The position numbers and the translations under genes were made by a program. Source: Raillietiella orientalis (taxonomy: Eukaryota). Taken from it: DNA of 64,000 bases. The stretch is taken from NCBI GenBank assembly GCA_036172245.1, contig JAYWIR010000010.1, positions 1,674,001-1,738,000 on the forward strand, read 5' to 3'. This document shows positions 36,837 through 49,699 of the stretch, piece by piece; position 1 is the stretch's first letter; every line of letters begins with the position of its first letter. The notes under the pieces were generated by a model. The model saw only the letters and a list, made by a program, of their open reading frames with translations. It was not told the origin of the DNA and did no database searches.

Positions 36837-39800
36837 ATGAAGAGGAGGGCCTCGTTTACGCTCCCGTGCGTGTACATCGCATACCTGGCGATCGGCGGAC
36901 TCGTCTTCATGTCCTTGGAGGCGCCGAACGAACTGAGGGAGCTGGAGGATAGGAAGAGATTGGCAACAAAGCTGGCAGGTGAGGGGGAAAGGGAACAGGG
37001 CGGGAAGGAACGGAAGGAGGAGGATGGGACTCGAGGAGAGGAGGGATCGGGGAGGTTCTGCATTGCCATTCTCTTTCTCCTCTTACTCTTCTAACTCCTC
37101 CTTCTTCCCTCCTGGCAACCCTCGGTCGCGATTGGGGAAGAGACAGAAAGGAAAGGAAAGGGTATGGGAGGAGGAGGGAGGAATGCACAAGTCGGCGGGT
37201 CACTCCTCTGGCGTTCGAGCGGGTCTTGAGAAGAGAATGTTCCTTGCCCCGGGCACGCGGAAGCTGTCGAGCTGCGAACACATCCCTTGCCAAAATTGGA
37301 GAGGAAGGATGTTCCTCCTGTTCCTTTTCAGATGCTCTCCTTAGATACCCTTACCCAAAAACTAGGGACCGCAAAGGTCTTTCAGATTTTTACCAGGCAA
37401 AGCCCTGGTTGTTCCGAGTATCTCACAAAAACACTGTCCCCCTAGCATACCCTTTCCGTCTCTCTAGCAGTAGCCTTCATGAAGAATTCTAGATTGTTTC
37501 GTCCCTGAATCGAACGACCAGCATCCGGCCCGGATGCTGGTCGTTCATTGGAAAGGCTGCATGCTGGTGGATTCCCGTGAATGCAGCCCGCGACAGAGAG
37601 CTGTCCCGAATGCCTCCTTGCCATGGGACCCCGCACTGCCAGGGAACCACATCAAAAGCGCAAGACCCTACTCTTCCTCTCACCTCCCACAATGCTCCTT
37701 TGATTCTTCACAGCCTCGGAGTCCCTTCCTTCCTTCATCAAGCAAAGCTCTCCAAAGGACTTCCTTGCTGTGACCTTCGCAGGATGTCAGACAGCCTCCC
37801 TTCCTGCTCTCTTTCGAGGGAGTTTTCGGGCGGTTTTCCCAGAGGTGTCCGCGCGCGCGTGTTCCCAGGTCAGCCACCTTCCAAGGCTGTTGTCCGCAGG
37901 GCAGTGCCCTTAGTTCGAAGTAGCGGCCACTCTCTATTTGCTTTCCCACCATGCTCATACCGGGGACTCTTCCGCTTCCCGGGATAACCTGAACTGCGAA
38001 AGAGACTGGAATCAGGGACAGTTTTTTTCCTCTCTATCCTGATCTTCCGATCCCAAGGGAATCCTTCCGTGGACCCGTGGCAGCTCTAGGCTATTCTGCC
38101 ATCTGAAGGTGAGAAAAGGGAAACCAGCCACTCTGCTCCTGGCATCCCATGGACACCGTCTTCTTCTTGAGAATGCCTGGAACCCCTGCCGAGCTGCTGT
38201 GGAGGGCAGTGAAAAAGGGGAGGCGAGGAAGGAGGAATAGATTTGTCAACCATTCATTAAAGGCTGCTGTGTGCAGGAACCTCTGCGCGAGAATGAAGCC
38301 ATTCTACACATTCCAAGTGAGCAGGAGAGACGACTCGCTTGTTTGCCCGTCCCTCCTCCCTTCCTCCGGGACATCAGGGTGGGAATGTCGAGCAAGTGAA
38401 GGTCGAGTGGCTCCCTCCTCCTGTTTTCTCCTGATCGTCTGCCTTTGGGAGTGAGGAGAGGAGAAACTCCTCTTTGCGGAAGGAAGGGAGGGGAGGTAAG
38501 AAGAGTGGGGCGCACCGCTTACTCTGCTGTCCTTTTCCTTCTCCGTCATTCCCTTTGCATCCATTCCTTCTAATCATCATCCGTTCTTCCCTTTCCTCAT
38601 TCCTCTTCTCCCTCTGATAAATATCTCTTCTCTTTTGCGTCTGGTTATGCTGTTCGAATGAGAGGCGGCGGCAGAACGAAGAATCTCCGGCTGTTCGCAA
38701 GAGCGCACGAGAAGGGAATGGGCGTCAAGCGGGGTCCTCCGCCACATGCTGCTTCCTGGTTGGTGTGCCAGCAGCTACCGGTTGGCCGACTGCGCGAGGT
38801 CCCGGACTACAGGGAGGGGGACGAGTGCCAGCGACCAGGGAGTTCTTCGATCTGGCTGCTGCTGCTGGAACTCGAGTCGTGCTGGCGAGACGACGAGGCC
38901 GAAGCAGCGTCGAGGCTCGCCCCTTCTCTACGGAGAGCACCGGGGGACGAGTCTGCCTCTGTGTGACTCCTAGGAACTCGCTAGCGCGAGCAGCGTCTGG
39001 TTGCGCGACGATGTTCTCGGTATGTGAAGTTCGGAAGGCAGGAGTGGCGGCGGTTTCTGTTGTCCTCGGGATGGATGTTTTCCGGTTCGGCGACGACGGC
39101 GGCGAGGAGGAGGAGGAAAAGGAGGGAGATAGGGGCCGCTGCATCGGAAGGACCCTTAGTTTTGAGACGGGAAATTGGAAATCCTCATCTTCCATCCGCC
39201 TGCGATCCCCGCTGAGGAGCTGAGAAATCGGACCGGGGAGTTCATGAGCTGCCACAGTCGAAGGCGGGATTTTCCCGGAAGAAGAGGTACACAGAGGGAG
39301 TGGCAGGTCCCATTTGGAAGAAAGTTCAGATCCTTTAACGGGACCCTTCCGTTTCACGACGGTGAGAGGTCAGGTGGGCAGGAAGATCGCGCGTGCGCGA
39401 GCGTGTTCACCTTTCTGGCACACCAGCTGAAGTGAAGGGCCTTTCAAACGCTCACGAGGGCCGCTCTGCTCCCGCGATCGGGGAGGGAGGAAAGCAGGAA
39501 AGAACCCGCAAACTCTGGTTCTCTCGAGAGTGCCGAAGGTCTTTGGGCTACTCCTGCAAAGTCCCTCATCTTCCCTGCCTACTCCTTGAATCGGTGATCC
39601 GCATACAGGATATCCAAACAACTCGCTTTCTCACGAACTCACGAGCACCTTCGTTGAGCACTCGCGTGCGCTCGTGCCTTGTTAGTCCATTTTCAACCAA
39701 TCAGGTGATCGTGTCAGCTTCTTTCCAGAGAAAAGCCGAAGCAAGTGGGAAGGGTTGAGGACCCGTGCCACCACGGGAAACGGATGGAGAGAGAGCACGT

Positions 39801-42800
39801 GAAGCAGCTCCGAGGAAGAAACTCCGCGGCTGTCATGGAGACCCCACACGAAGAAACGACATCGGAAGCTGAGGTTTTTTGCGGGGTGACGCCCGCGTAC
39901 AATCTGCACCATCGAGAACTCCGGACGGTTCGGCATTTTCTCCGAGAAACACCGCTGGACCGTTGGCTCCGGACGTCGGTGTTCCTTGGAAAACTCAGCT
40001 GTGGTTGTGCGTGTGATGGAAGGCAGCATGGACTCTGCCGCTGCTCCTGGCGAGAGTTTTGTTCCGCGATCAAAAGTCCACCTCTCCGTTTTCAATTGCA
40101 TTGACATTTAATTTAATCTCATTGAAGGTAGTTGCCAGCATGCATTTTATGAGTTTTTGATTAATCAGTGGTCACTAGCGCGAAGAACAGTCTTCCCTCT
40201 TCTGTTTCTCTGTTGACAACTGCCGTTCTGTTGGACCTCATCGAGCACGGGGTTTAATTTGCCCTTGTCTTTCTTTCTTCGACTGTGCGGTCTCCATGTT
40301 CCTCTACTCCAGGAACCGGTTCTTCTTTTGCGTATTTCCGAGGGAATCCCTCGAGCTTCCTCTCTCCCTTACTGAGCCCTTCCCCCCCACCCCTCCGTTC
40401 TCTCCCTCGATTCCACGAGGTGAGGAGCACGCTGGCCCAGTCGCAGTCCGAGCGTCTCCTCTCATTTTCGGTTTCCCCACCATGTTCGACAGGCTGCTCG
40501 TCTCGAGAACGCTTCCCGAGAGCTTCCCCCCTTGCTGAACATGGAGTGTCCATGAAGGATCACACAGCCACTCTTTCGTTCCTAGGCTTCGCCCTCCCTC
40601 CCGTTGGCCGCAAGAGTCGGTTCGGAAAACCAATCATCCTCAAGCACAGAAAAGAAAAGAAAAAAAGGAAATCGGGGAGTCGCGGAGGCTCGAGGATGCC
40701 TCCTCGGCTTTGGAGGAAGCCCAGAGTTTCCCCTGCACCCGCTGTTTGCAGTCTCTCACTGGCACGCCGCCGGCCCCCGGAGCTCACTCTGAGGGTGGGT
40801 GGCGAGGCGGAGGAGCCGGGAGTTTCAAGGATGGGAGATGCTGGATGCCAGTGAACAGCAGCAGCAGCAGCAACAGCGTCGCCCGAACAAAGCAGCGCAT
40901 CTGGAGAAACCAACGCGGAAAAATGATGGATGCGCTCTCCGATCAGCAGAAGGAAAACATGACTGTCGCTGCCGTAAACATCGCGCGGTCGGCTGAGTAG
41001 GGCTTAAAAGGAAAAGGAAAAAAAAATTCTTTGTTTTGAATTTGCACGAAGAAGACGTTTCGATGAAGAGTGCCGCTGCCTCTCTGGGAGCTCCCAAGCC
41101 GCTGACTTCCCCGCTTCGGAGAGGAGCAGCGGGTCTCGAGCAGTTGAATCCGAGGGATCCCCTCGTCCAGACTCCGGGTCGAGACAGCGACACATCCCTC
41201 CACACCCGCATCGAGATGACATGGAGTTGCTCCCGGAATAACAGGAGCCAGAAGCCACTGACACACAGGAGAGTCCAGGAAAAGTGGATGGCTTCAGTGC
41301 TCAGGGCGGTGGCCACCGCAGGTCACGAAGCTCAAGCGGAAGGGAGGATGAGAAGATGAAGTGTCGGAGGAAGATCCGAGAGGCCACCTCCGATTCGATG
41401 GCTGCCTCGTTTGAATCGAAGAGACATTGCGCCCTTCGCACTGACGGCCTTGGCGCTGCTCGGCTGCATTCCCAGCCATCCATACTTTTCCGAATCGATG
41501 CTTCTTAAGAATGATCATTCCGACGTCGTTCTGGCGAATCTCTTCTGTCCGAGTCTTGTTTTCCGCGTAGAAGACCCATGGAGAGTGGTTTGCCTGAACT
41601 GCATGCCAACCAAGCGGTGCCGAACTTTGGACCCATTCTTCCTCGTCTTCAGGAGCATGGTCTTCATCCACGAGGATCTTCCCTCCCCTCATGCTGATAG
41701 GAGGAAATAAAAACGCGTCATTTCTTCTGAGCTTGTACTCCCTCCGAGTCCCCACCTCGGCAGGGACGACCCCCCTTTGTGAACGATCATGACCTTCGTT
41801 TGAAAATTTGCAACGGGGCTGTATGTTTCCCATGTGGATTCCGTGGACTCCGCTCTACGCTTTGCTTGGAGGGCGCTCACTGCTAGAGCCGGAAATGAGC
41901 CGTTCACGACGCAACCATGCACCATAGTCTCAGCTCCCCTTTGCGAGGTTCCAGGTATTGCTGACGTTACCCGTGCGATCGCCTTGTGATGCTCTGGAAA
42001 GCGCAGGAAGCTGCTTCCCAATCCTGTCGATCGTTTTCCTTCTTCGTCCCGTGTGGTCCACTTCCGTCCCCGTTGAAACGAGGAGGTTGCTCGTGCGAAC
42101 GAAGTTGACCTTTTCCATGGAAGTCCGAAAAGTCGACCTCATTCACGCGAAGCATCAACCTTGCGCCTGGATCTCTTTCGCTAGTATTCGCGCTGCACTC
42201 CCCAGGGTCACTCGGTTCGCAGCCTGCGCGGAGGAAAACAGGTCGCTCAACAGGAGCCTTAGGGCTGTTCCATTACAGAAAGGCGTGTAGTCTCAGGTTT
42301 CGGCTTCTTCTGGAACCCATCTTTGTGGAGACCTGCTCGCTCGAGGAGCGTTTTTCACGGACGTTCCTCGCGTCCGGGACGAGTAGCACATGACCTTGAA
42401 CTCGTTGACCAGCTCCTCTTCCTGGAGGCATCGAAGCACCGGCAACTCCGTTCCACTTCTTCGTTCACTCTTTCCCGCAACCTTCCTCCTTGTATCCAAT
42501 CTGCTTCTTCTTCGCTCCACACGAGTCCACTTCCTTTCACCCGCGTCCACTCGCGAGTGCGCGAGTACACCTCGTCCTGCGCGCTCATTCCGCGCTTCCC
42601 GCTCGCTCATTTGCACCGTCTGCAACTTACGTGTTTCTCGTCACGTGCTCGCGGCTGCAGACATCATTAGGCAGCAGTGCGACTGAAAAATCATGCCGCC
42701 GTTCCTCTGATCGCCTCATCGCTTGTGGTTGCAAGGCCGCCTTGGTTTAGCCGCAGGCACAAGAGCGTAGAGCTGCTGAGCAGTCGACGCCATCCCTGCT

Positions 42801-45800
42801 CAGTTGCGTTCGTCTTCCAAGTCCGGAAAGCGCGAATTGCGAAGGAAAATCGCGATGTGAGGAAATCCAAGTGGACTCCAAGCTTTTGGGAGAGCAGGTT
42901 GCCAGTCAGGCTGTTTTGCGCGCAATTTCTAAGAAAGTTCTTAGTGAAATGATGGTCACGCGGCAGCAACAAGAAAATCACCTCTTCCCACTCACCAGAC
43001 TATTGCATAAGTGCATATGAGATCGTAGATGTTCAGCTTTGGAAGTCTGAATTTTGGGATCTATGGTACTCTTCATCGAGGTGAAAAGCGAAGTGTGCAG
43101 TTTTTGGTCATTGGGAGTGTGACGTCACCTTGTATTTTTGCAACGAAACGACGAAAAGGTCGGACAACAAGGGAACAGCTGCTGAAGTCGAAAAAGCACG
43201 AGGCTTTGAACAAGTGGAGGCTTCAGGAATATTTGTCTTCAAAACTGCAGGGCTCGCAAAACATTTTGCTCGAGTTCATCGGAACGATAGCGTAACCATA
43301 TTGATTACGTCAGCAAAGATCACATCGCTTACGTCAGAACCCGCATACATAAAGCGTGTTCCATATAGGCAGTTTTCAGCTGTTTCCAGTCTTCGAGGTA
43401 CAGGAACTGGATCACGAAACCCTCCTGGGTACATCTGTTCAGTGCGCCTCTGGAGCACACGTGTCTCTCCTTCCAAGAGGTTGGCTGCCGAGATATCTCT
43501 GTCCATTTCATCATAACCGCTTAGGAAGTGCTTTCTCAATGGAGGCCAGTTGTTCAGCTTTAAACGTTTTCTCCCGCTGGCAAGATTGGATAAGGTGCAT
43601 TTTCTCGAGGAGCACTCAGCGTGTTCCTCAAGAAAGCGCATCCCTCGGGAACCTAGAAACCGAACCGAGGATCCAGGAGTGTGCGGGAGCGATCCTTAGC
43701 GGCAGCCCTCCTTGCATAGTACTGAAAATTCACCTTTGTTTTCCTCTCGGACGCGAGGAGCACGTTGCGGAGCCTGGAAAAATGGAACGGTTTCCCGGGG
43801 AAAGTTAGACAGGCAAGCGTGAAACGAACAAAGGCAATCAGCGTTGGTTGCTGTTTGATGATCTGGGTGCGTAGGATGAGAGAGACGAGTTCTTTTCCAT
43901 GCGCAGCAGAAGCGCAATTTCTTCAGTGTTTCTGAGCAACGACTCGCAGTTTCCATGCAGAGTTATCTCAAGTTTCTTTCGCTGTTGGTCTTTTTCTATA
44001 GTGCCTTTGTCTTTTTCTCGCTATTGCCCTCCTTCGTTTTTTTTTTTTTTTTTTTCAGAAGGAAGGGGGAAAGAGAAGATACGATGATGCATGGCTATCA
44101 TTGATTTGATGCTGTTTTTTAAGGATATCTGAAAATTTTTGAAAACGACCATACCAGAGAAAGAAGTGATTTGCTGCGTCACCTGTACGAACACTGCGCT
44201 GTTGACTTAAAAGGATCTGCCCCCAACGAGACGGTTGAAGTGAAGAAGTGGACTTTTTATAATGCTTTCTTCTTCGCGTTCACCACCATAACAACCATCG
44301 GTGAGTCGCATGCACGTGTTCTGTCCGAGAAGCTTCCTTGCATGCAGCTCTTCGAAAGAGGTGCTCTAGTGGGGCCGATGGATGGTCTCGTTAAGCAGGG
44401 AGTGCTTCTTTCAGCATCCTGCTCGCTCACCTGCTTTCATCTCCGCCGTAACCTCACATTTCCGTGTCCTGTCTCAACTTCGCGCGCGCTCGTTTTTCGT
44501 TTTCCTTGTGGCACCCATCGCGACAGGACGAACGGTCTCTCTTCCCCTTTGTGGTCTTGTGCGCGAGCAGGTCCGCGACGGCGGCAAGGGAACGGGAAGT
44601 TCCACGTGAGCGAGGTGAAGCTGTTCCGAAAAGATACTCGAAACGCACAGTCTTCGACCCTGCTGTGGACTGCCGCTGGACAGTTTTTCCATCCCGAGGA
44701 CCTTGCAAAGTTCTGATCCAAGTGAAAGCAGAGCGGCATGTTTGGATCTAATGTCTCGCACGGAGAGCACCCCTCATCGCGGAGGAAGTGCGTGTAGTTC
44801 TCAGCACGGCTTCTCAGCACCAGCAGCATGGCGTGGCAGTCCAGCAGATGCCGCACTAGGGCAGTCCTCCAAGGACTGAGACGGCTTCTTCGGCTGATTA
44901 TGAGAGACTTGCTGTTCTTGCCGATGGATGCAAGCTCCATCCACTCAACTAGAGTCCATCACGTCATCGAGAGAGATGCTAGAAGATTTGAGCTCTCGGT
45001 GATCAATCAGCTTCTTAGTGCGCCGAGAAAGCTCTCGACAAATCCTTTTCCTCTAGCTACCGCTTCTAGAAGCCACCTTTGCCGAGCGTGCTTTTTCTTC
45101 AGTAAGGAAGGAACACGCGTTTTCAGAGCGTGTCCTTTCCCAAAGGTGACCCTGAAAAGACTTCAAAAACGCATGGGTTCCCATGCTTGAATGACCCTCG
45201 ACTAAGAAATGGAGAAAGTGAAGGAGCAAAACGCACCGATAAGGGGACGTTGAAATAACGCTCTAGGAAGATGACTACAGGCTCATTTCTGAAAACAAAC
45301 AAAAAAGAAAAAGTTGAAAAACTGTTCTTGAGTAATCAGTTCATGTTTTACATGTGTCCTCATGTGTGTTTTAGGATATGGAGACCTGACGGCCCACACC
45401 GTCATAGGTCGTTTCTTCTGTCTTCTTTACGCACTGATCGGGATTCCTATCAACGGAATTCTTCTGGCTCACATTTCCAGCTACTTCACTCACTATATAG
45501 TTAAGAAGCACCAGAAGCTCAAAGCAAAGCAGAGCAACAGCAGACTGTCACTCTGGGTCGACACGATCATGTACTCCATTCCAGGATTCACCATCTTCTT
45601 GCTCTTCCCGGCTACCGTATTCTCCCTCATAGAAGGATGGAGCTACGACAAGTCGATCTATTTCTCCTTCATAAGTCTGTCGACAATCGGCTACGGTGAT
45701 TTCGTAGCAGGTAACACCTTGTGCATTCTTCTTCCTCCTGAAGGACGAGAGACCTCGGTCTGCGAGAGGAGAGGCGCGCGACCGCGAGTTTGTTTGCCGC

Positions 45801-48630
45801 CGTCCTTACCCGTCTTACCCGTGAGCAGCTCGTGCTGGAGGAAGAATGGGCGTGAGGCCGCCTCCTGAGGGGTCTTCACTTCCGAAGACACCGGCAAAAA
45901 CCCTCAGCGCGCTACGGACTTGCTCGCGTTCAGAACATCTCAATTTGGCCGCATCCTGCTTTTCCATCATGGAGAGTCATTCTGGTGACCATAGGTTGTG
46001 CCCCACCCTCTGAAGCAAGGGAATGCTTTTTAAGTTTCACACTGTGATGTGCGGTTAGGGAGTGGTGTCTCTCCGTGCACCTTCCAGTGACCCCTTCCTT
46101 TATGATGCTCGCGGGGATGGATGCCTCCGAGGAACTCCCTCGCATACTTTGGTCTGCCACCCAGTAGCCTCCTAGTCCCTTCATTCTCCTTGAGCTCAAA
46201 GGTTTTCTGCAGAGACAGAGATGGTCTCTTACTCTTAAAGAGATGTGGAAGAGACATTTTTACTCTTTGGATGATGCTGAAGGTGTTCTTGCTTCTTTAC
46301 GAGACCTTTGACGACAACGCAGGCCACAACTTTCTCTGAAACTTTCTCTTAAAGAGCAGCCTTTCTTCCGTTTGTGCAAAAGCTCTTCCTCTGTTTTCCG
46401 TTTCAAGCAGTAGTGCAGGGAAAGATCCTCATCACCTCTTGCAGAGGATGACCTACCGCATCCTCCGCAGCGTTAAAACCATGTTTACCCGCAGCTTTGA
46501 ATCTCTTTCTCGGGAATGTTCCTTTCATCTCTATTCAAGGTCATCATCAGTGGTCTCTCCCACGAACGTTCCAGTGACATCTCGCTCAGCTTATGTTGGG
46601 GATCGATGCCTCACTCTCCTACTCTATCAAGGGAATCCCTCTGAAGATGCCACAGTTGCCTTTCCTCAGTTGCCTTCGTGTCTTCTGTAGATAGGCATCT
46701 GCAAAGAGCTCCATCTGGCAGCTCTGCCTACAGTACGCCTGCGCAACGGTTGCTACCATCAATCCTGCGCCCCGCGTCGTGGTGGTGCGGCGCGTCTTTG
46801 AATCTGGCAGTGCACCCCATCTCAAGTTTATGGACCGAATTGCTTGTGGACACGTGGGTAGACCTGTCCAGTCCGAGATTTCACTGTCCCGGGATGAAGA
46901 GCCACGTGTTGCAAGGGAACGTGTCTTTGCTCGCGACAATGGGATGCGTGAAAGCCGCGGCTGAGGAGGAACGGAGAAGCGGAGGAGCGCACGCGCCGGT
47001 TTCGTGGACCGCCCCACCGGGAGCAACCTGCTCTGAACGATCCCGCGTACGAGCACACGCGCTCCGAGAGGCCGTGGGTGCCCGAGGAACAGCTCGCGCG
47101 TAGGCGCGAAGGTTGCGAGCGAGCACGCAGCGAGCGCGCCGGTTTCTGCATCCGGTTGCCCTGGCAACCCAACCCCACTGCTTATGTCCTCCCGAAGCTG
47201 GGCGGGACCCGCATTCGGGATACGGGCAGGAGGGAGTGCGGGTTGGTGCCTGCAGGCTCTCCGCAGCATCGGCAGCTCCCCCCATCCCCCCCCCCCCTTC
47301 TTCCCCATCGCTTCCTGCGAAACCGAAGACCGAGCTGTGGGCGCTCTCGTACCTCCGCGCAGCTGGCGGCGGAGCCCTCACGACTTTTCTCTCTCCCTCT
47401 CTTTCTCCCCCACCTCGGCGTGAGTAGGCGACTTCGGCGAAGCACTCGCGCAGACGTGGTTATACAAGGTGGGCCTCACTCTGTGGATCATCTTCGGGCT
47501 TGGATACTTCATCATGGTGGTCAACTTCATCACCAAGGCTTTCCGCCCGCGCAGCATCCGCCGCTTCGAGGAGAAGATCAGACGGCGCATCATGTGGATC
47601 CGCGACGAGATGGGCGACATGAAGAGGATCGTGAACGCCATCCACTTCACTAGGATGAAGGTGAGGGGGATCCCCGTTCCACAGGCGTCTCACTCGACTT
47701 CCCCATTCTTTGTCTTCCTCCCTCTGATCTTCCTTCCTTCCTTCCTTCCTCTCTCGCCTCGCGATTCTTCAACAGGTCCCAGAAGCAGCCGAGACGCTCG
47801 TAGAGACCCAGAGGCAGTCTCTGGACGACTTGGCCAGGACGACGTGGATCCCCAGCATCGCCCTGAGGCGGACGCGATCGGAAACCACCATGAGAGCGGA
47901 TTGCGAGCTGGTCCTTCCAGACGACGGAGGAGGGGGAGGAGGGGGAGGAGGAGGAGGAGGAGACGACGAGGACTCTGCGTATCGGTCGAGCCAGATGCTG
48001 GCGCATCTGGCGCTTACTCTGTGCTCTGACCACGAGAACCAGCTCAAGTCCCTCTACGAGGAAGCCCTGAACGAGGACACCCTCGGATCCAGGGAACAGT
48101 CCTCCGGGAGCCTCTTGTCCAGCCTCGGCACCCATTTGAAGCGCAAAGACAGAAAGAAGGCCTTCCGCAGCATGTCCATCGCCATCTCTCCGGAGACGAG
48201 GAAGCATCTGCAGGAGAGCGTGGAGAAGAAAAACGGGTCGGAAGGAACCGGCTGCCAGGAAGAAACCAGGATCCGGTTCGACACCGAGGGAGCCAAGAAG
48301 ACCCGTCGCAAGCCACGGGACAGTATCTTCTTCAGGCCGTTCTCCCGCGCAGTCCCGGAGGACTCCTCCGGGCATCATCGGCGTAGCAAATCCATGGCAC
48401 CGCTGAAATTTGACGCCGTTGTCCCCTGCCCTCCGGGCCAGCGCACCAGGAAGGCGTCTGCGGTGGACGAGCTCGTGGACGTCATCTGCAACATGCCAAG
48501 GATAGGCGACGGCGCCAACCGTCGAGCAACCCTCCTCCCGCACGGGGTCGCCGCGTACCCCGGGGCACCCTTCCCACCCTCCTTCTCCCCCAGGCGCAAG
48601 CGGCTGTCGCTGCCCCACGGGCGCATGTGA
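36837..48630 (+). CDS. Ork1: Two-pore-domain (K2P) potassium channel, Ork1/open-rectifier-like, 5 exons, ~580 aa
   Basis: Exons 36837-36978, 44124-44300, 45375-45710, 47428-47660, 47776-48630, GT-AG with consistent phases (1743 nt). M1 YIAYLAIGGLVFMSLE; P1 WTFYNAFFFAFTTITTIGYGD; M2 YALIGIPINGILL; M3 PGFTIFLLFPATVF; P2 YFSFISLSTIGYGD; M4 LWIIFGLGYFIMVVNFITK; long low-complexity C-tail. The WTFY.AFFFAFT and GIP.NGIL motifs resemble Drosophila Ork1 (recalled, not searched). Confidence 0.92.
37200..38200 (+). mobile_element. Degenerate L1-like RT relic in K2P intron 1
   Basis: YPKTRDRKGLSDFY, LAYPFRL..LHEE, SFDS, FPRGVR..P (RGVRQGCP-like). Confidence 0.4.
40950..42200 (-). mobile_element. Degenerate Ty3/gypsy RT-RNase H relic in K2P intron 1
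   Basis: NTWNLAKG (STLDLAKG-like), AFLFPPISMRGGKILVD..EEW (FLGH.IS..GI..D-like), SGFWLLLFREQ (GLGAVL.Q-like). Confidence 0.4.
42800..43800 (-). mobile_element. Degenerate CR1/jockey-like LINE RT relic in K2P intron 1
   Basis: PRRLETAENCL...DVINMVTLSF..AKCF (P..WK.A...NYRPISL..K.F-like). Confidence 0.3.
46450..47250 (+). mobile_element. Possible BEL/Pao integrase relic in K2P intron 3
   Basis: KELHLA, SAPHLKFMDRI (APH.GG.WERL-like), LSRDEE, FCIRLPW. Confidence 0.35.
47926..47961 (+). repeat. GGA/GGG coding repeat (12 Gly) in the K2P C-tail
   Basis: Encodes DD-G12-DDED in frame. Confidence 0.9.
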
Positions 48631-49699
48631 AAACAAAGAGCTGCTGCTGCTGCCGCCGCCGCTGCTCCGGGAATAGTGCTCAGGCGTCCTCACTCCCTCT
48701 TGAGGGGAAGCGAGGAGGCGGCGGAGGAGCTGCCGAGTCCAGAGCGCGGAGGGAACTCGGGGCGGAGCTGAGGGTTGGCTTTGCCCCGCGGGGGGGCGGG
48801 GCTTGGGTCGGGGCTGAGAGGGAAGGAGAAAAGAGACTGGCGGCGGGAAAACTCCTGGATTTCTTCCCGCAGCAGAGTGCGGACTCGCGCGCTGAAGGAG
48901 ACAGCCCGTGGAGATTTAGGAAACAGCGGCGGGAAAGGGAAGGGCGCACTCCTGGCGGCGCTGCCAAGAGCTGTCCTGGAAAGGCTGTGCGGGCGACTTT
49001 CCTCATCCGGCCAGGCGGAGACGGTTTCCAAGGCAGCCGAGCATCTTCTCATTGGGGGTACTGAACAGCCTTCCTGTGTCCGTTTCTTCCTTTTCCTCTC
49101 CCTCTTCCCTCTAGAAGACGCGCGAGGAAGGAGAAGGCAGCTCGACGGAGGGACCGCGGCAGGAGGAAGAGGTGTGGCCGCGAAGGAACAGAGGACAGGG
49201 GAGGACAGGGCGCATCTTCTTCTGGCTTTAGGAGCGTGGGCAGTTGGCATCAGGAGGCAGATCGCTGCGTCGCCTTCGCTTTCTCCTCCCTCTTCTTCCC
49301 TCCCCTTTCTCTCCTCGGATCGTCCTTCTTTCAAATCTCTCACCCCTCCCCTCCCCCGCGCCACTGCACTTCCGGTCCTCGTCGGATGGCTGCCACATCT
49401 CCTTAACCCGCTCCAGTAGCAGTGTCCTCCGTCCCTCGCGATGTCTTCTTCCCCCTCCCCCGTCCGGCTGCCAAGAATTTTCGTGCAGAGCGCTTGGGGC
49501 TGCTCCAAATCAAGAGAGAAGGGAGAAGGAAAGGAGAGAGGAGTATAGGGAGGTCCTTTCTCACTAGGTGGACAGAGGAAGAGCCTTTCCCATTTTCGAT
49601 CCAGGGATGCTGAGGAGGTCCGTCATAGCTTCGTGCGCTCTTCCTCTCCCCTCTTCCCGGAGTTTGGCCGGCTCGTTCAGCTGCACCGTGGCGGTAGAG

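Noticed and set aside
47650..48693. 347-aa minus-strand ORF
   Set aside because: Antisense shadow of the GC-rich last K2P exon, with no recognisable domain.
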